Source of the DNA: Chloroflexota bacterium
Lineage (GTDB): Bacteria > Chloroflexota > UBA11872
Length of the DNA stretch: 64,000 nt
Assembly: GCA_965243625.1 (NCBI GenBank)
Contig: CBDEVI010000002.1
Coordinates: forward strand, 321,396 to 385,395
Reading direction: 5' to 3'
The notes below the pieces were generated by a model that searched no databases, was not told the origin of the DNA, and worked only from the letters and a program-made list of their open reading frames with translations. The translations under genes and the position numbers were made by a program. Shown here piece after piece: positions 51,995 to 60,611 of this stretch (positions are counted from its first letter, which is position 1; each line of letters opens with the position of its first letter).

Positions 51995-52834
51995 ATGCTT
52001 GAAGAGCATCGAAACGCCAACCGGTCCAACTGGGACTCGCGCGTTCCGGTGCACCTGGTTTCGGAGTTCTACGGCGTCGAGGATTTCGTCTCGGGTGCTC
52101 GGCCGCTCACCCAGGCGGTCGAGTTCGATCACGCGCACATTGGCGACGTGCAGGGGCTCTCGCTGCTTCACGTGCAGTGCCACATCGGTCTCGACACGCT
52201 GTCGTGGGCGCGGCTTGGCGCCACGGTCACCGGCGTCGACTTCTCCGCGCGCTCGATCGAAGCGGCACGCGACATCAGCCGACGCAGCGGCGTTCCTGGT
52301 CGCTTCGTCCTGGCAGACGTCCACGAGGCGCCCGAAGTCCTCCGCGAGACGTTCGACATTGTCTATGCGAGCGAGGGCGTGCTCTGCTGGCTGCCCTCGG
52401 TGGCGGCCTGGGCGCGCGTCGTCCGACGGTTCACGCGTCCCGGCGGGACCTTCTACATCCGCGACGGACATCCCCTCTGGCACGCGCTCGACCAGGAACG
52501 CTCCGACGGACTGCTGGTGCTGACGGAGCCGTACTTCGAGGCCGGGGCCGTCCGGTACGACGAACCTGGCACCTACACCGGGGACGACGCGGAGATTCGC
52601 CACACCACGACCTACCAGTGGAGCCACAGCCTGGGTGAGATCGTGAGCGCGATCGCCGCCCAGGGCTTCCGCATCGAGTCGCTGCAGGAGTTTCCGTTCG
52701 GGGGCTACCAGGCGCTGCCCGAAATGGTCCAGGGCGACGACGGCTGGTGGCGCCTGCCGGACCGACCCGAGCGGCTGCCGTCGCTCTTTGGACTCAAGGC
52801 CACGCTGCCCTCCGACGCCGAGCCGGCGGAGTGA
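51995..52834 (+). CDS. Class I SAM-dependent methyltransferase.
   Basis: Motif-I-like VTGVDFSARSIEAARD and post-I acidic loop. Confidence 0.65.
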   Translation: MLEEHRNANRSNWDSRVPVHLVSEFYGVEDFVSGARPLTQAVEFDHAHIGDVQGLSLLHVQCHIGLDTLSWARLGATVTGVDFSARSIEAARDISRRSGVPGRFVLADVHEAPEVLRETFDIVYASEGVLCWLPSVAAWARVVRRFTRPGGTFYIRDGHPLWHALDQERSDGLLVLTEPYFEAGAVRYDEPGTYTGDDAEIRHTTTYQWSHSLGEIVSAIAAQGFRIESLQEFPFGGYQALPEMVQGDDGWWRLPDRPERLPSLFGLKATLPSDAEPAE

Positions 52835-52844
52835 CGGGGCGGCT

Positions 52845-52945
52845 TTTCTGTAATTCCGAGCGCCCTATCTGTCATTCCGAGCGCAGCGAGGAATCTAAGG
52901 CGCGGAAAGAAGGCACAGTGTCAATCGATTCCTCACGACGCGTGG
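52845..52945. repeat. REP-like units of the GTCATTCCGAGCGCAGCGAGGAATC family (tandem partial + full + inverted half).
   Basis: Same family at 59495-59522 and 63409-63505. Confidence 0.7.
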
Positions 52946-52974
52946 GCGTCCGTGCCTGATCCACCGGAGTCCAG

Positions 52975-53727
52975 TTGACTGCACCCGCCGACCTCCTCAA
53001 CCTTCACCTCGCCGCCCTGTTCACCCGGGACGAGCAGGGAAACCTCGTCGCCACCAACGACCCCGAGCCCGACCGGGTCGCCGCTCCGCGCCTCTACCTT
53101 GGTCGAAGCACCGAAGGCACCGTGCTGCGCTTCCGACGCGGCATGGACGAGTCAACCCGAGCCGCCCTGCGCGACCTGGCGGCCCCGGACTTGACCCCAA
53201 ACGATCCCAACCGCGAGCCGGTGAACAAAGCGGCCATGTTGGACCTGCTCGCTGCCGAGCAACCGATCCAAAACATCTACTTCGGCCCGGCGTTCAGCTT
53301 CCCCGGTGCAGAAGCCGTCACGAATACCTTCCGTCAATCCGGCGAAGGCCGGAATCCAGATCCGAGCACCGCCGACGTCATCGAAATCTCCCGCTCCACC
53401 ACCCACCAGCTCAGCCCCGAGTTCGCCTGGCTGGCCGACGAGCTGACGGTCCGCGACCCCGTCATGGCTGTGGTCGTCGACGGCCTCGCGGTCTCCGTGT
53501 GCTTCAGCGCCCGCGCCACCCCCGCCGCCTCCGAAGCCGGCGTCGAGACCCTCCCCGAGCACCGCGGCCGCCGCTACGCCGGGGCCGTCACCGCGGCCTG
53601 GGCGGACGCGGTGCAGCGCCAGGGACGCATCCCCCTCTACAGCACCTCGTGGACCAACCACGCCTCCCGCCGCGTCGCCGCCCGCCTGGGCCTCATCCAA
53701 TACGCCACCGACTTCCACATCACGTAA
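52975..53727 (+). CDS. GNAT-family N-acetyltransferase-like protein carrying an in-frame REP-unit insertion.
   Basis: C-terminal GNAT core ...HRGRRYAGAVTAAWADAVQRQGRIPLYSTSWTNHASRRVAARLGL. Residues ...FRQSGEGRNPDPS... are encoded by GTCAATCCGGCGAAGGCCGGAATCC at 53335-53360. Confidence 0.55.
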   Translation: MTAPADLLNLHLAALFTRDEQGNLVATNDPEPDRVAAPRLYLGRSTEGTVLRFRRGMDESTRAALRDLAAPDLTPNDPNREPVNKAAMLDLLAAEQPIQNIYFGPAFSFPGAEAVTNTFRQSGEGRNPDPSTADVIEISRSTTHQLSPEFAWLADELTVRDPVMAVVVDGLAVSVCFSARATPAASEAGVETLPEHRGRRYAGAVTAAWADAVQRQGRIPLYSTSWTNHASRRVAARLGLIQYATDFHIT

Positions 53728-53894
53728 GCAAGCTTTACGTGGATTCCGTCCCTTTGAAATGGGACGTCCGAAGCAGTCTGTAGGGGCGTCCCTTGTGGGC
53801 GCCCGCTCCGCCGGCGACGAGGGCAGCCACAAGGGCCGCCCCTACACGGACCCGTCGTCCGCTGCTGCGCCGCCGCGCAGCTTTCTGTTAGTCC

Positions 53895-53980
53895 CACGTC
53901 CGACTCCCTCTCCCACGGGGAGAGAGCTGGGGTGAGGGGTTCCGCGCCGTCATTCCGGCGCACGCCGGAATCCAGGCCCC
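53895..53980. repeat. Composite REP cluster: CCCTCACCCCAGCTCTCTCCCCGTGGGAGAGGG family (inverted orientation) plus GTCATTCCGGCGCACGCCGGAATCC.
   Basis: Family matches at 58085, 59415, 60545 and 28103, 56965, 60514. Confidence 0.7.
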
Positions 53981-54331
53981 GTCATAAACCAAGCGTGGTG
54001 TTTTCCTGCTCAAGCCGGGCTCGGAACCGTTCATTCTCACGGCTGGAGCCGCGCAGAATGCGCGAGCCCCAGCGGCCGCCAAACCTGGAAGCCGGGGGCT
54101 TTTATACACGTTCGGGCTTTAACTTCGACTCCGAAATACGAGTCCTGCGGCACAGCCCCTACGGTGCAGAGCGCGTCGGATGGGCGCGTCTCAGTCCGAA
54201 GCGGCTCCGGCCTTCACGGCCACTCGCTCGACCAATGACTCGATCGATTCCTTTGACCGCCCGGCAACTATCTTGCTTTGCACAAATGTCCAATAGTTCA
54301 GTTCGCGAACAAACATGGATTCATGAGAAGT

Positions 54332-55111
54332 CTATCGTTCACGAACCCCAGACGGCAGAAGTGGTCGGACGCCAGAATCTGACAGTGATGGCCTGATAGC
54401 TACGTTCGGGGCCAATGGAAGCCACCACTCGACGTTCGGAATCGCAAGTTGCGATGAATCGTAGAAACGAGGGAGCACAATCGGATTGCTACCAATCACA
54501 AACTCATATTGAAGACCAGAATTCGCAGTAATGCAAAGCTCAGACTCGTTGATGATCTCAAGTGTCCTTCCAAACATGCGCAGGGAGTCAGCCCTAGCAT
54601 TCTGGACCATTTCTGGACTATGCAAATCCGCATATTCTGAGGGGGTCACCGATTCTCCAGTTTCCGATTCGTGCCTGGCTATAGTCTCCGCAATAATGTT
54701 CTCGTCTACGCTGTCAGGCAATGAGTCAAGAGCATCTGGTGTGCGTTTGATCTGTGTATAGTAGAAAATGTCCAAGAACTCCTTTTCTTCGACTTTGAGT
54801 TTCGGAACATTCTTTGACAGGGATGATTCGACTATACGATTCAGTATCGGTGACACTCTGTCTTCTATGTAGGCAAGGAACCGCTCGACCCGATAGTCTC
54901 TGCCACCGTCAAAGGTATTCTGGCTGTAAAGATGAGTTTCTGCAAAGACATTCTTTGGCGTAGTCCAAAAGATTCCTTTGCATGGATGATCTTTCATGAA
55001 TACATAGAGCTTGCCATTGTCGTCCGTGAAGCGTCGCAAGATCACTTCCGGTACATAGTGCTGGCGTTTTCGCTCGTCCGCTTTCGGATTGGAGGGCAGT
55101 GTGCCATTCAC
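54332..55111 (-). CDS. DUF4238-domain protein, low GC.
   Basis: N-terminal QHYVPEVILRRF is the DUF4238 hallmark (HYVPxxxLRxF). ~45% GC. Start codon overlaps the stop of the upstream restriction-modification gene. Confidence 0.75.
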   Translation of the reverse strand: MNGTLPSNPKADERKRQHYVPEVILRRFTDDNGKLYVFMKDHPCKGIFWTTPKNVFAETHLYSQNTFDGGRDYRVERFLAYIEDRVSPILNRIVESSLSKNVPKLKVEEKEFLDIFYYTQIKRTPDALDSLPDSVDENIIAETIARHESETGESVTPSEYADLHSPEMVQNARADSLRMFGRTLEIINESELCITANSGLQYEFVIGSNPIVLPRFYDSSQLAIPNVEWWLPLAPNVAIRPSLSDSGVRPLLPSGVRER

Positions 55112-55112
55112 C

Positions 55113-58031
55113 TTAGAACGACCTCGTCAGATTGAGTTCCAACAGCGCCCGCAGGGCGTCTTCGTCGGAGATGTCGGCGGGCCAGCCGTAGGCGGCGGCT
55201 ACGGCGGTGTCTAGGGTGGCGTGGGCGTTGGCGAGCCATTGGGGGCGCTGGTTGTAGAGGTTGGTGAGGGTGCGTTTCTTGAGCTGCTCCAGGTCGGCGC
55301 CGGCGGTGGGGACGGGGCGCTTGGGGTAGCCAGTGACGGGTTCGTCGATCCACTCCACCCAGTCGGGCGGGTTTAGCCAGTTGTCGCGCAGTTCGACCAG
55401 GCGGCGGGCGGCTTCGGCGATGGCGGCGGCGCGCGGGTCGTCCGCGTAGTCGGCGGCGGGGACGTCGGGCGTCAGGCCCTCGGGAAACGGGAACGTCGCG
55501 AAGGTGGTGGTGGGCGTGTAGCGCGGGTCGTTGCCCACGCCGAGCCAGGTTCCGAGCCGTAGAGACCACGCCTCGTGGAAGCGGCTGTGCAGGATGCCGA
55601 AGGTGGTGTCGTCGTCGCGGGCGGTGACGATGAGTTGCTGATCAGGGCAGACGCGGGAATCGAGCCAGACGAATAGTCGGTGTCTCGCGACCATTGGTGT
55701 AGCGATATAGCGAGAGAGGGTCCGAAAGGCTCGCCACATACCGGGTCTTGCCTCGCCGTAGCGCCACCAATAGCGGCGGTAGGCTTCGCGGCGGTTCCGC
55801 TGGCGCATCGGGTAGACGCGATCCTTCACCCAACGGAACGGCTCCTCGTAGAGCGCGGCGTCGGCTTCGCTGATTTCGGTGCCGAAGTCGATGATCCACT
55901 TGCCTGCTGAGCGGCCGGTGAGATCCTTCCCGTTGACCCAAGGCTTTAGTACGTCGGCATTGGATCGCCCGTTCGGATTGGCCGGCAGGCGGAGCCACTC
56001 GCGAGCCTTGTCGCCCGGGAGGTCAAACCGACCATTCTTGGTGGTACCCCTGAATGAGACATGGCGATTTGTCCCTAACTTTGCAGCCTCGACCAAACTG
56101 GATCTGTCCCCTGACAAATCAGAATTTATTCGAGTAGTTTCCTTCCCGTTGAGATAGCGAACCGCAGAAGTGTCCTTCTGCGTGAAGCAAACGAGCGAGA
56201 CTCGCACCGCCGCACCATCGACTACCCACGGTTCATCGGACCAGGCATCAGAAAGATCGGCCTCTCTGACAACGCTATCGAGCACAGCACGATTGGCACC
56301 GCCTCGAATTGAATTGGTGGCCACAAGGCCGGCGCGTTGGACTCGCCCGTCGGCCACGAGCCGCTGGGCCTTAGCGAACCAGAAGCACACCAGATCGGCG
56401 CCGCCCGGAACTCGGTCCTCATAAACCGTGCGCAGACATTCCGTATACGTGTTCCCAAGCACACTCCGCATTAGCTGGACACCGAGAAACGGCGGATTGC
56501 CGATCACCACGCCGGCGTCTGGCCAGTCCGGTTCCTTGCCGTCCTCGGTCAGCACCGCGTCGCGGCATTCGATGGTGTCGAGCGGCTGCAGGATGGGGTC
56601 GCGGGACTCGGCGAAGCCGTTGCGCAGCATCCACTGGATCTCGCCAATCCACACCGAAACGCGGGCCAGCTCGGCGGCGTAGGGGTTGATCTCGATGCCC
56701 TTGACGTTGGCGGGGCCGATGGTGGGGAATTGCCGCTCCAGTCCCAGCGACTGCGCTTCGAGCTGCACCTGGTGCTCCAGGTCCTTGAGCGCCTGGAGCG
56801 CCAGGTAGAGGAAGTTGCCCGAGCCGCAGGCGGGATCGAGCACGGTGAAGACGCGCAGGCGCTCTAGGAAGTCTTGCAGCAGCCGCTCGGCTCGGTCGCG
56901 GCGGCGTCTTTCTTCGGCGGCCGCGCTGGATCTCCCGCGTTGGAGATCCCCGGCGCGACTCACGGAAACTGGATTCCGGCCTTCGCCGGAATGACGGAGG
57001 CGGGCCGCCTCGGCGGAGCTCAATTCGGCGGCGATCAGGTCTTTGGCCGTCTGCCATTCGGCCAGCCACGGGCGGATGATGACCGGCTCTACGATGAGCA
57101 TAATCTTGTCGCGGTCGGTGTAGTGCGCGCCGAGCTGCGCGCGCTTGCCGGGGTCCAGTCCACGCTCGAATAGCGTGCCCAGGATGGACGGGTCGACCTC
57201 GGACCAGTCCAGCGCGCCCGCGTTGCGCACGGTCTCGATCTGGGCCCGGTCCAGCGGCAGGGCGGAGTCATCGTCGAAGAGCCCGCCGTCGAACCACGCC
57301 ACGGACTCGAAGCCGACGCGGCCGCCCGCGTGCATGGCCCCGAACAGGTCGCTGGCCAGGTCGGGAAAGTCGCGGGGTTGACTGATGGCGTGGTCGAGCA
57401 TGCGCGTGAACAGGTTGTTGGGCAGCAGGCCCACGTCCTCGGCGAACATGCAGAAGACCAGCCGGTTGACGAAGTGAGCCACGGCCTGCGGGTCGTGGCC
57501 GCGGTCCCGCAGCGATTGCGCCAGCGTGGCGAAGCGCTGCGCCGCACGCTCGGTGATGTCCTGCCGCGTCTCGTCGGGCCGCAACCGTTCGGGGTCGCTC
57601 AGCGCCCATTTGAGCAAGTTGCGGGTGGCCGGGTCGCGCAGGTCCTCCAGCCCGAACTCATGGGTTTCGCTGACGCTGTTGGTCCAGTTGGTGCGGATGC
57701 GGAAGCGCTGCAGGTCGCAGACGATGAGCAGCGGCGGGTTCTCCAGCGCCAGGGCGTATTGCCGCAGTTGCCGGAAGGCGGCGTCCAGGTTGGCGTGGGG
57801 GCCCTTGTACTCCCAGCCGAAGTGGCCGCGCTTCCAGACATCGGCCCAGCCGCCCTCGCCCGAGTCCTTCCGCGCGCCGCGCTCGAAGCAGTAGCTCTCG
57901 CCGGTGGGGTCGGCTTCGATCGGGGTGGGCTCGCCGAGCATGCGGCAGAGGTCGTTGAAGTGCGACTGCGCGGCCTGGCTTTCCCTGAGCTCGGAGGCCG
58001 ACCACTTGGCGATGAAGGCGTCGGGGGTCAT
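55113..58031 (-). CDS. MmeI-family type IIL/IIG restriction-modification enzyme (N-terminal PD-ExK endonuclease + gamma-class N6-adenine methyltransferase + target-recognition domain), 972 aa.
   Basis: N-terminus ...KWSASELRESQAAQSHFNDLCRMLG...WADVWKRGHFGWEYKGPHANLDAAFRQLRQYA matches the MmeI nuclease domain (D-x-EYK). Methyltransferase motif I DPACGSGNFL and motif IV NPPF (VIGNPPFLGV). Contains an in-frame REP insertion (...RLRHSGEGRNPVSVSRAGDLQRGRSS...). Confidence 0.8.
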   Translation of the reverse strand: MTPDAFIAKWSASELRESQAAQSHFNDLCRMLGEPTPIEADPTGESYCFERGARKDSGEGGWADVWKRGHFGWEYKGPHANLDAAFRQLRQYALALENPPLLIVCDLQRFRIRTNWTNSVSETHEFGLEDLRDPATRNLLKWALSDPERLRPDETRQDITERAAQRFATLAQSLRDRGHDPQAVAHFVNRLVFCMFAEDVGLLPNNLFTRMLDHAISQPRDFPDLASDLFGAMHAGGRVGFESVAWFDGGLFDDDSALPLDRAQIETVRNAGALDWSEVDPSILGTLFERGLDPGKRAQLGAHYTDRDKIMLIVEPVIIRPWLAEWQTAKDLIAAELSSAEAARLRHSGEGRNPVSVSRAGDLQRGRSSAAAEERRRRDRAERLLQDFLERLRVFTVLDPACGSGNFLYLALQALKDLEHQVQLEAQSLGLERQFPTIGPANVKGIEINPYAAELARVSVWIGEIQWMLRNGFAESRDPILQPLDTIECRDAVLTEDGKEPDWPDAGVVIGNPPFLGVQLMRSVLGNTYTECLRTVYEDRVPGGADLVCFWFAKAQRLVADGRVQRAGLVATNSIRGGANRAVLDSVVREADLSDAWSDEPWVVDGAAVRVSLVCFTQKDTSAVRYLNGKETTRINSDLSGDRSSLVEAAKLGTNRHVSFRGTTKNGRFDLPGDKAREWLRLPANPNGRSNADVLKPWVNGKDLTGRSAGKWIIDFGTEISEADAALYEEPFRWVKDRVYPMRQRNRREAYRRYWWRYGEARPGMWRAFRTLSRYIATPMVARHRLFVWLDSRVCPDQQLIVTARDDDTTFGILHSRFHEAWSLRLGTWLGVGNDPRYTPTTTFATFPFPEGLTPDVPAADYADDPRAAAIAEAARRLVELRDNWLNPPDWVEWIDEPVTGYPKRPVPTAGADLEQLKKRTLTNLYNQRPQWLANAHATLDTAVAAAYGWPADISDEDALRALLELNLTRSF

Positions 58032-58084
58032 GCAGTCATTGTGTCAGCCGTGCGCTGGCTCGGGGGAAGCTCGCTATGTGATTG

Positions 58085-58140
58085 GGAGCCGTTTTCCCCC
58101 TCACCCCAACCCTCTCCCACGGCGGGGAGAGGGGGCCGAA
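58085..58140. repeat. REP-like unit CCCCTCACCCCAACCCTCTCCCACGGCGGGGAGAGGGGGCC between the PIN-like and MmeI-like genes.
   Basis: Family matches at 53895, 59415, 60545. Confidence 0.7.
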
Positions 58141-58202
58141 ACTCCGCGGCCGACGCGAGCGGTCGGATCCCCAGCATTCTGTGTGCCGCTACTGAAAGAA
58201 GC

Positions 58203-59261
58203 TCAATCTTGACTTACCGATGTTGACAACACTTCAGGCTCTGGTCTGATTGGTGGGGTTCCTAGATGCATGTGTCCACTCAGGTTCACAAACGATCCTT
58301 GCACAGCACGTTCCGACCCGTCAGACAGCTCATTCAGTAGTACGACCTCCCCAGGCGTTAGATCGCAGAGCTTTCTTTCGTCCAGAAGGTAGCGACACGA
58401 GCCTGAGAAGCGGAAATCTAAAGCACTTGTCTTGTCAGCGCTTTCCCATACGTCCGTGACACCGAGGCGGACCTCAATTATCGAGGCCTGATCAGTCGTT
58501 AGCAGTGTCTGCTTGACTTGGCCGACCCGCTTCGGTCGGCAACCACTATTCGATGCCAATTCCTCAACGACTGAGCCGAGCGCCTCGTAGACGAAGGCAA
58601 ATACCAAGTTATCCGGCAAGGGCTCCATCTCACTCTTCAGTTCCGCCAGCAAAGATTCCATGGTGGGATGATAGGTCAGGCTCCGATCATCCGAGATCTC
58701 GCCGGCCTCGGCCTGCAACGTAGGATGCAGACTGCTCTTGTTGCGGTGACCACGAAAATCTGAGTCACTGGAAACAAAGACGACGTTGCATTTTGCGAGC
58801 AGATCCAAACACTGCTCCCAGATTTGGCAATCCGACCACTCGGCACTCTTGTGGCTGGGCGGTTGCTCGGATCGGTGTCGCAGCTCTGCACGCTGCCGCA
58901 CCTCATCCGCTTCGGGAACGACCACGGCGCCAAGGTCCTCTCCCCGGGCGAGCGATCTGGCGCGTGCCGCTATCGTCGCGTCGTCGGGCCCCTGCCAGCC
59001 ATTCACTACTCCTAGAAAGCGTCCCAGCCACTGCAAATGGCCGTCGATTGTCTTTCTCTTTCCCGCCGCGTGGTCGATTAGCTTCCGTTCACATTCCTGG
59101 GCGACAACTTCCGGCACGACCAGTTGCATCCCACGACGATAGAGATAGTGCTTGAGTGCTGAACCGCGTCCCGAAGTTAGGCCAGTCTCGTTGATAAGCG
59201 TACTGGAATCCAAGACCAGCACTTCTTTCGCTGTAACGCCCGCAAACTCTTCAGCGTGCAT
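58203..59261 (-). CDS. PIN-like domain protein (N-terminal PIN fold + uncharacterised C-terminal domain), 352 aa.
   Basis: N-terminal VLVLDSSTLI... with conserved acidic residues spaced as in PIN. Moderately lower GC. Same strand as, and immediately upstream of, the MmeI-like gene. Confidence 0.6.
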   Translation of the reverse strand: MHAEEFAGVTAKEVLVLDSSTLINETGLTSGRGSALKHYLYRRGMQLVVPEVVAQECERKLIDHAAGKRKTIDGHLQWLGRFLGVVNGWQGPDDATIAARARSLARGEDLGAVVVPEADEVRQRAELRHRSEQPPSHKSAEWSDCQIWEQCLDLLAKCNVVFVSSDSDFRGHRNKSSLHPTLQAEAGEISDDRSLTYHPTMESLLAELKSEMEPLPDNLVFAFVYEALGSVVEELASNSGCRPKRVGQVKQTLLTTDQASIIEVRLGVTDVWESADKTSALDFRFSGSCRYLLDERKLCDLTPGEVVLLNELSDGSERAVQGSFVNLSGHMHLGTPPIRPEPEVLSTSVSQD

Positions 59262-59390
59262 GGTCCGGTGATTCCTCCATCGACCCTGTGCAAGTCTAGC
59301 CCGGACTTCTTAAGAGGGCCTCAATTCGCTCGATCTCAGCGAACGCCCTATTCCTAGCTTGTCAGTTTCGGCGGCCGATAGAGTCCTGCC

Positions 59391-59700
59391 TTGGTGGGAA
59401 TGATGGGCCGGTCCATGCCCCTCACCCTAGCCCTCTCCCCGCGGGAGAGGAGACTGGATTGGGGCGATGGGCTGCACGTCGGAGGTTGCGAACTCTTGAT
59501 TCCTCGCTGCGCTCGGAATGACGGTTGGGGACCGCGTGCGTCGCGGGCCTCCCACGCTGCCCGCCGCGCGGGCCACCGGGCGTGGCACAACGGAGTTGTT
59601 GCCGTGCGCAACGCGGGCGGGCACAAGGCCCGCCCCTACGCGGGCACGCCGCGTCACCCCCGCCGCCGCGCGGGGTGTGGTTTCACTTGGCCCCCAAGGC
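59391..59700. repeat. Composite REP cluster with three families: the CCCTCACCCTAGCCCTCTCCCCGCGGGAGAGG family, the GATTCCTCGCTGCGCTCGGAATGAC family, and the CCCACGCTGCCCGCCGCGCGGGCCACCGGGC palindrome.
   Basis: Direct sequence identity to units elsewhere in the window. Spurious ORFs arise from the repeats. Confidence 0.7.
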
Positions 59701-60276
59701 CTTCTCCATCCGGTGCACGGCGGTTGATCCCGCCACTAGCCGCACGAGGTGGCCGTCCCAGGTTTTGGTGGTGGTGTAGCCGAGCCGCTGGTAGAGGCGG
59801 ATGGCGCCTTTGTTTTCGGTGATTACTCCCAGCGACATGGTGTGCTTGCCCATGGCGCGGGCCTTTGCTTCGGCGGCTTGCATCAGGGCGGTGCCGATGC
59901 CGAGGCCGCGGATCGACGGATCGACGGCCAGGGCCTCCACGATGAACTCGTCGGGCGCGACGCCCTCGGACAGCAAGAGCAGGTTGCCCAGCATGCGGAA
60001 GGCCCGCACGGGCGTGAAGCGCAAGAACAGGGCGGTCAGGCTCAGGTGAAAGAACTCGCGGCTGCCCGACCTAAACGTGAGGATGCCGGCGAAGCGTCCG
60101 TCGACCGTGGCCGAAAAGCAGCTGGTCGTGTCGACCGAGTCTCGGAACAGCCGGATCAGGTCGTCCGCGTGGCGGAAGCCGAGGCGGAACTTCTTGGCGA
60201 ACGCGCCATACGCCACCCGCAGGGCGTCGTCGACGAATTCGGCTTCGATGCCTTCAACGATCGCGACGTTTCCCAC
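59683..60276 (-). CDS. GNAT-family N-acetyltransferase (probable GTG start ~60276; the longer ORF runs into repeats).
   Basis: ...LAVDPSIRGLGIGTALMQAAEAKARAMGKHTMSLGVITENKGAIRLYQRLGY is the GNAT acetyl-CoA-binding core. Confidence 0.65.
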   Translation of the reverse strand: MGNVAIVEGIEAEFVDDALRVAYGAFAKKFRLGFRHADDLIRLFRDSVDTTSCFSATVDGRFAGILTFRSGSREFFHLSLTALFLRFTPVRAFRMLGNLLLLSEGVAPDEFIVEALAVDPSIRGLGIGTALMQAAEAKARAMGKHTMSLGVITENKGAIRLYQRLGYTTTKTWDGHLVRLVAGSTAVHRMEKALGAK

Positions 60277-60384
60277 GGTTGGTGTGTTTGCGCTCGACGG
60301 TGCTCGCAGCGCCCGTAGCGTAGGGCACCGGGCTGGGAGGCGTTCCGGCCGGCGCGCGTGGGGCTTGGCTCGTGCCGGCGGCGC

Positions 60385-60600
60385 TCCCACGCTGCCCGCA
60401 GCGTGGGCCACCGGGCCTCGGATCACCCTCATCCTCGCTCTCTCCCGTCAAGGAAGAGGGAATGAGCCCCAGTCGTCACCAGGCATCCGGCGTGCCTCCG
60501 GATTCGACCGGACTGGATTCCGGCTTCCGCCGGAATGACGGCGGGGAACCCCTCACCCCAACCCTCTCCCACAGTGGGGAAAGGGGGCCGGAGCCTGCCG
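60385..60600. repeat. Composite REP cluster: CCCACGCTGCCCGCAGCGTGGGCCACCGGGC + GGATTCCGGCTTCCGCCGGAATGAC + CCCTCACCCCAACCCTCTCCCACAGTGGGGAAAGGGGGCC.
   Basis: Three of the four repeat families occur side by side, as at 59391-59700. Confidence 0.7.
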
Positions 60601-60611
60601 GCGACACGGGC

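Noticed and set aside
59391-59822. ORFs of 143, 76, 69 and 84 aa in the 59.4-59.8 kb interval
   Set aside because: They are assembled entirely from REP units F4, F2 and F3. No coding signal.
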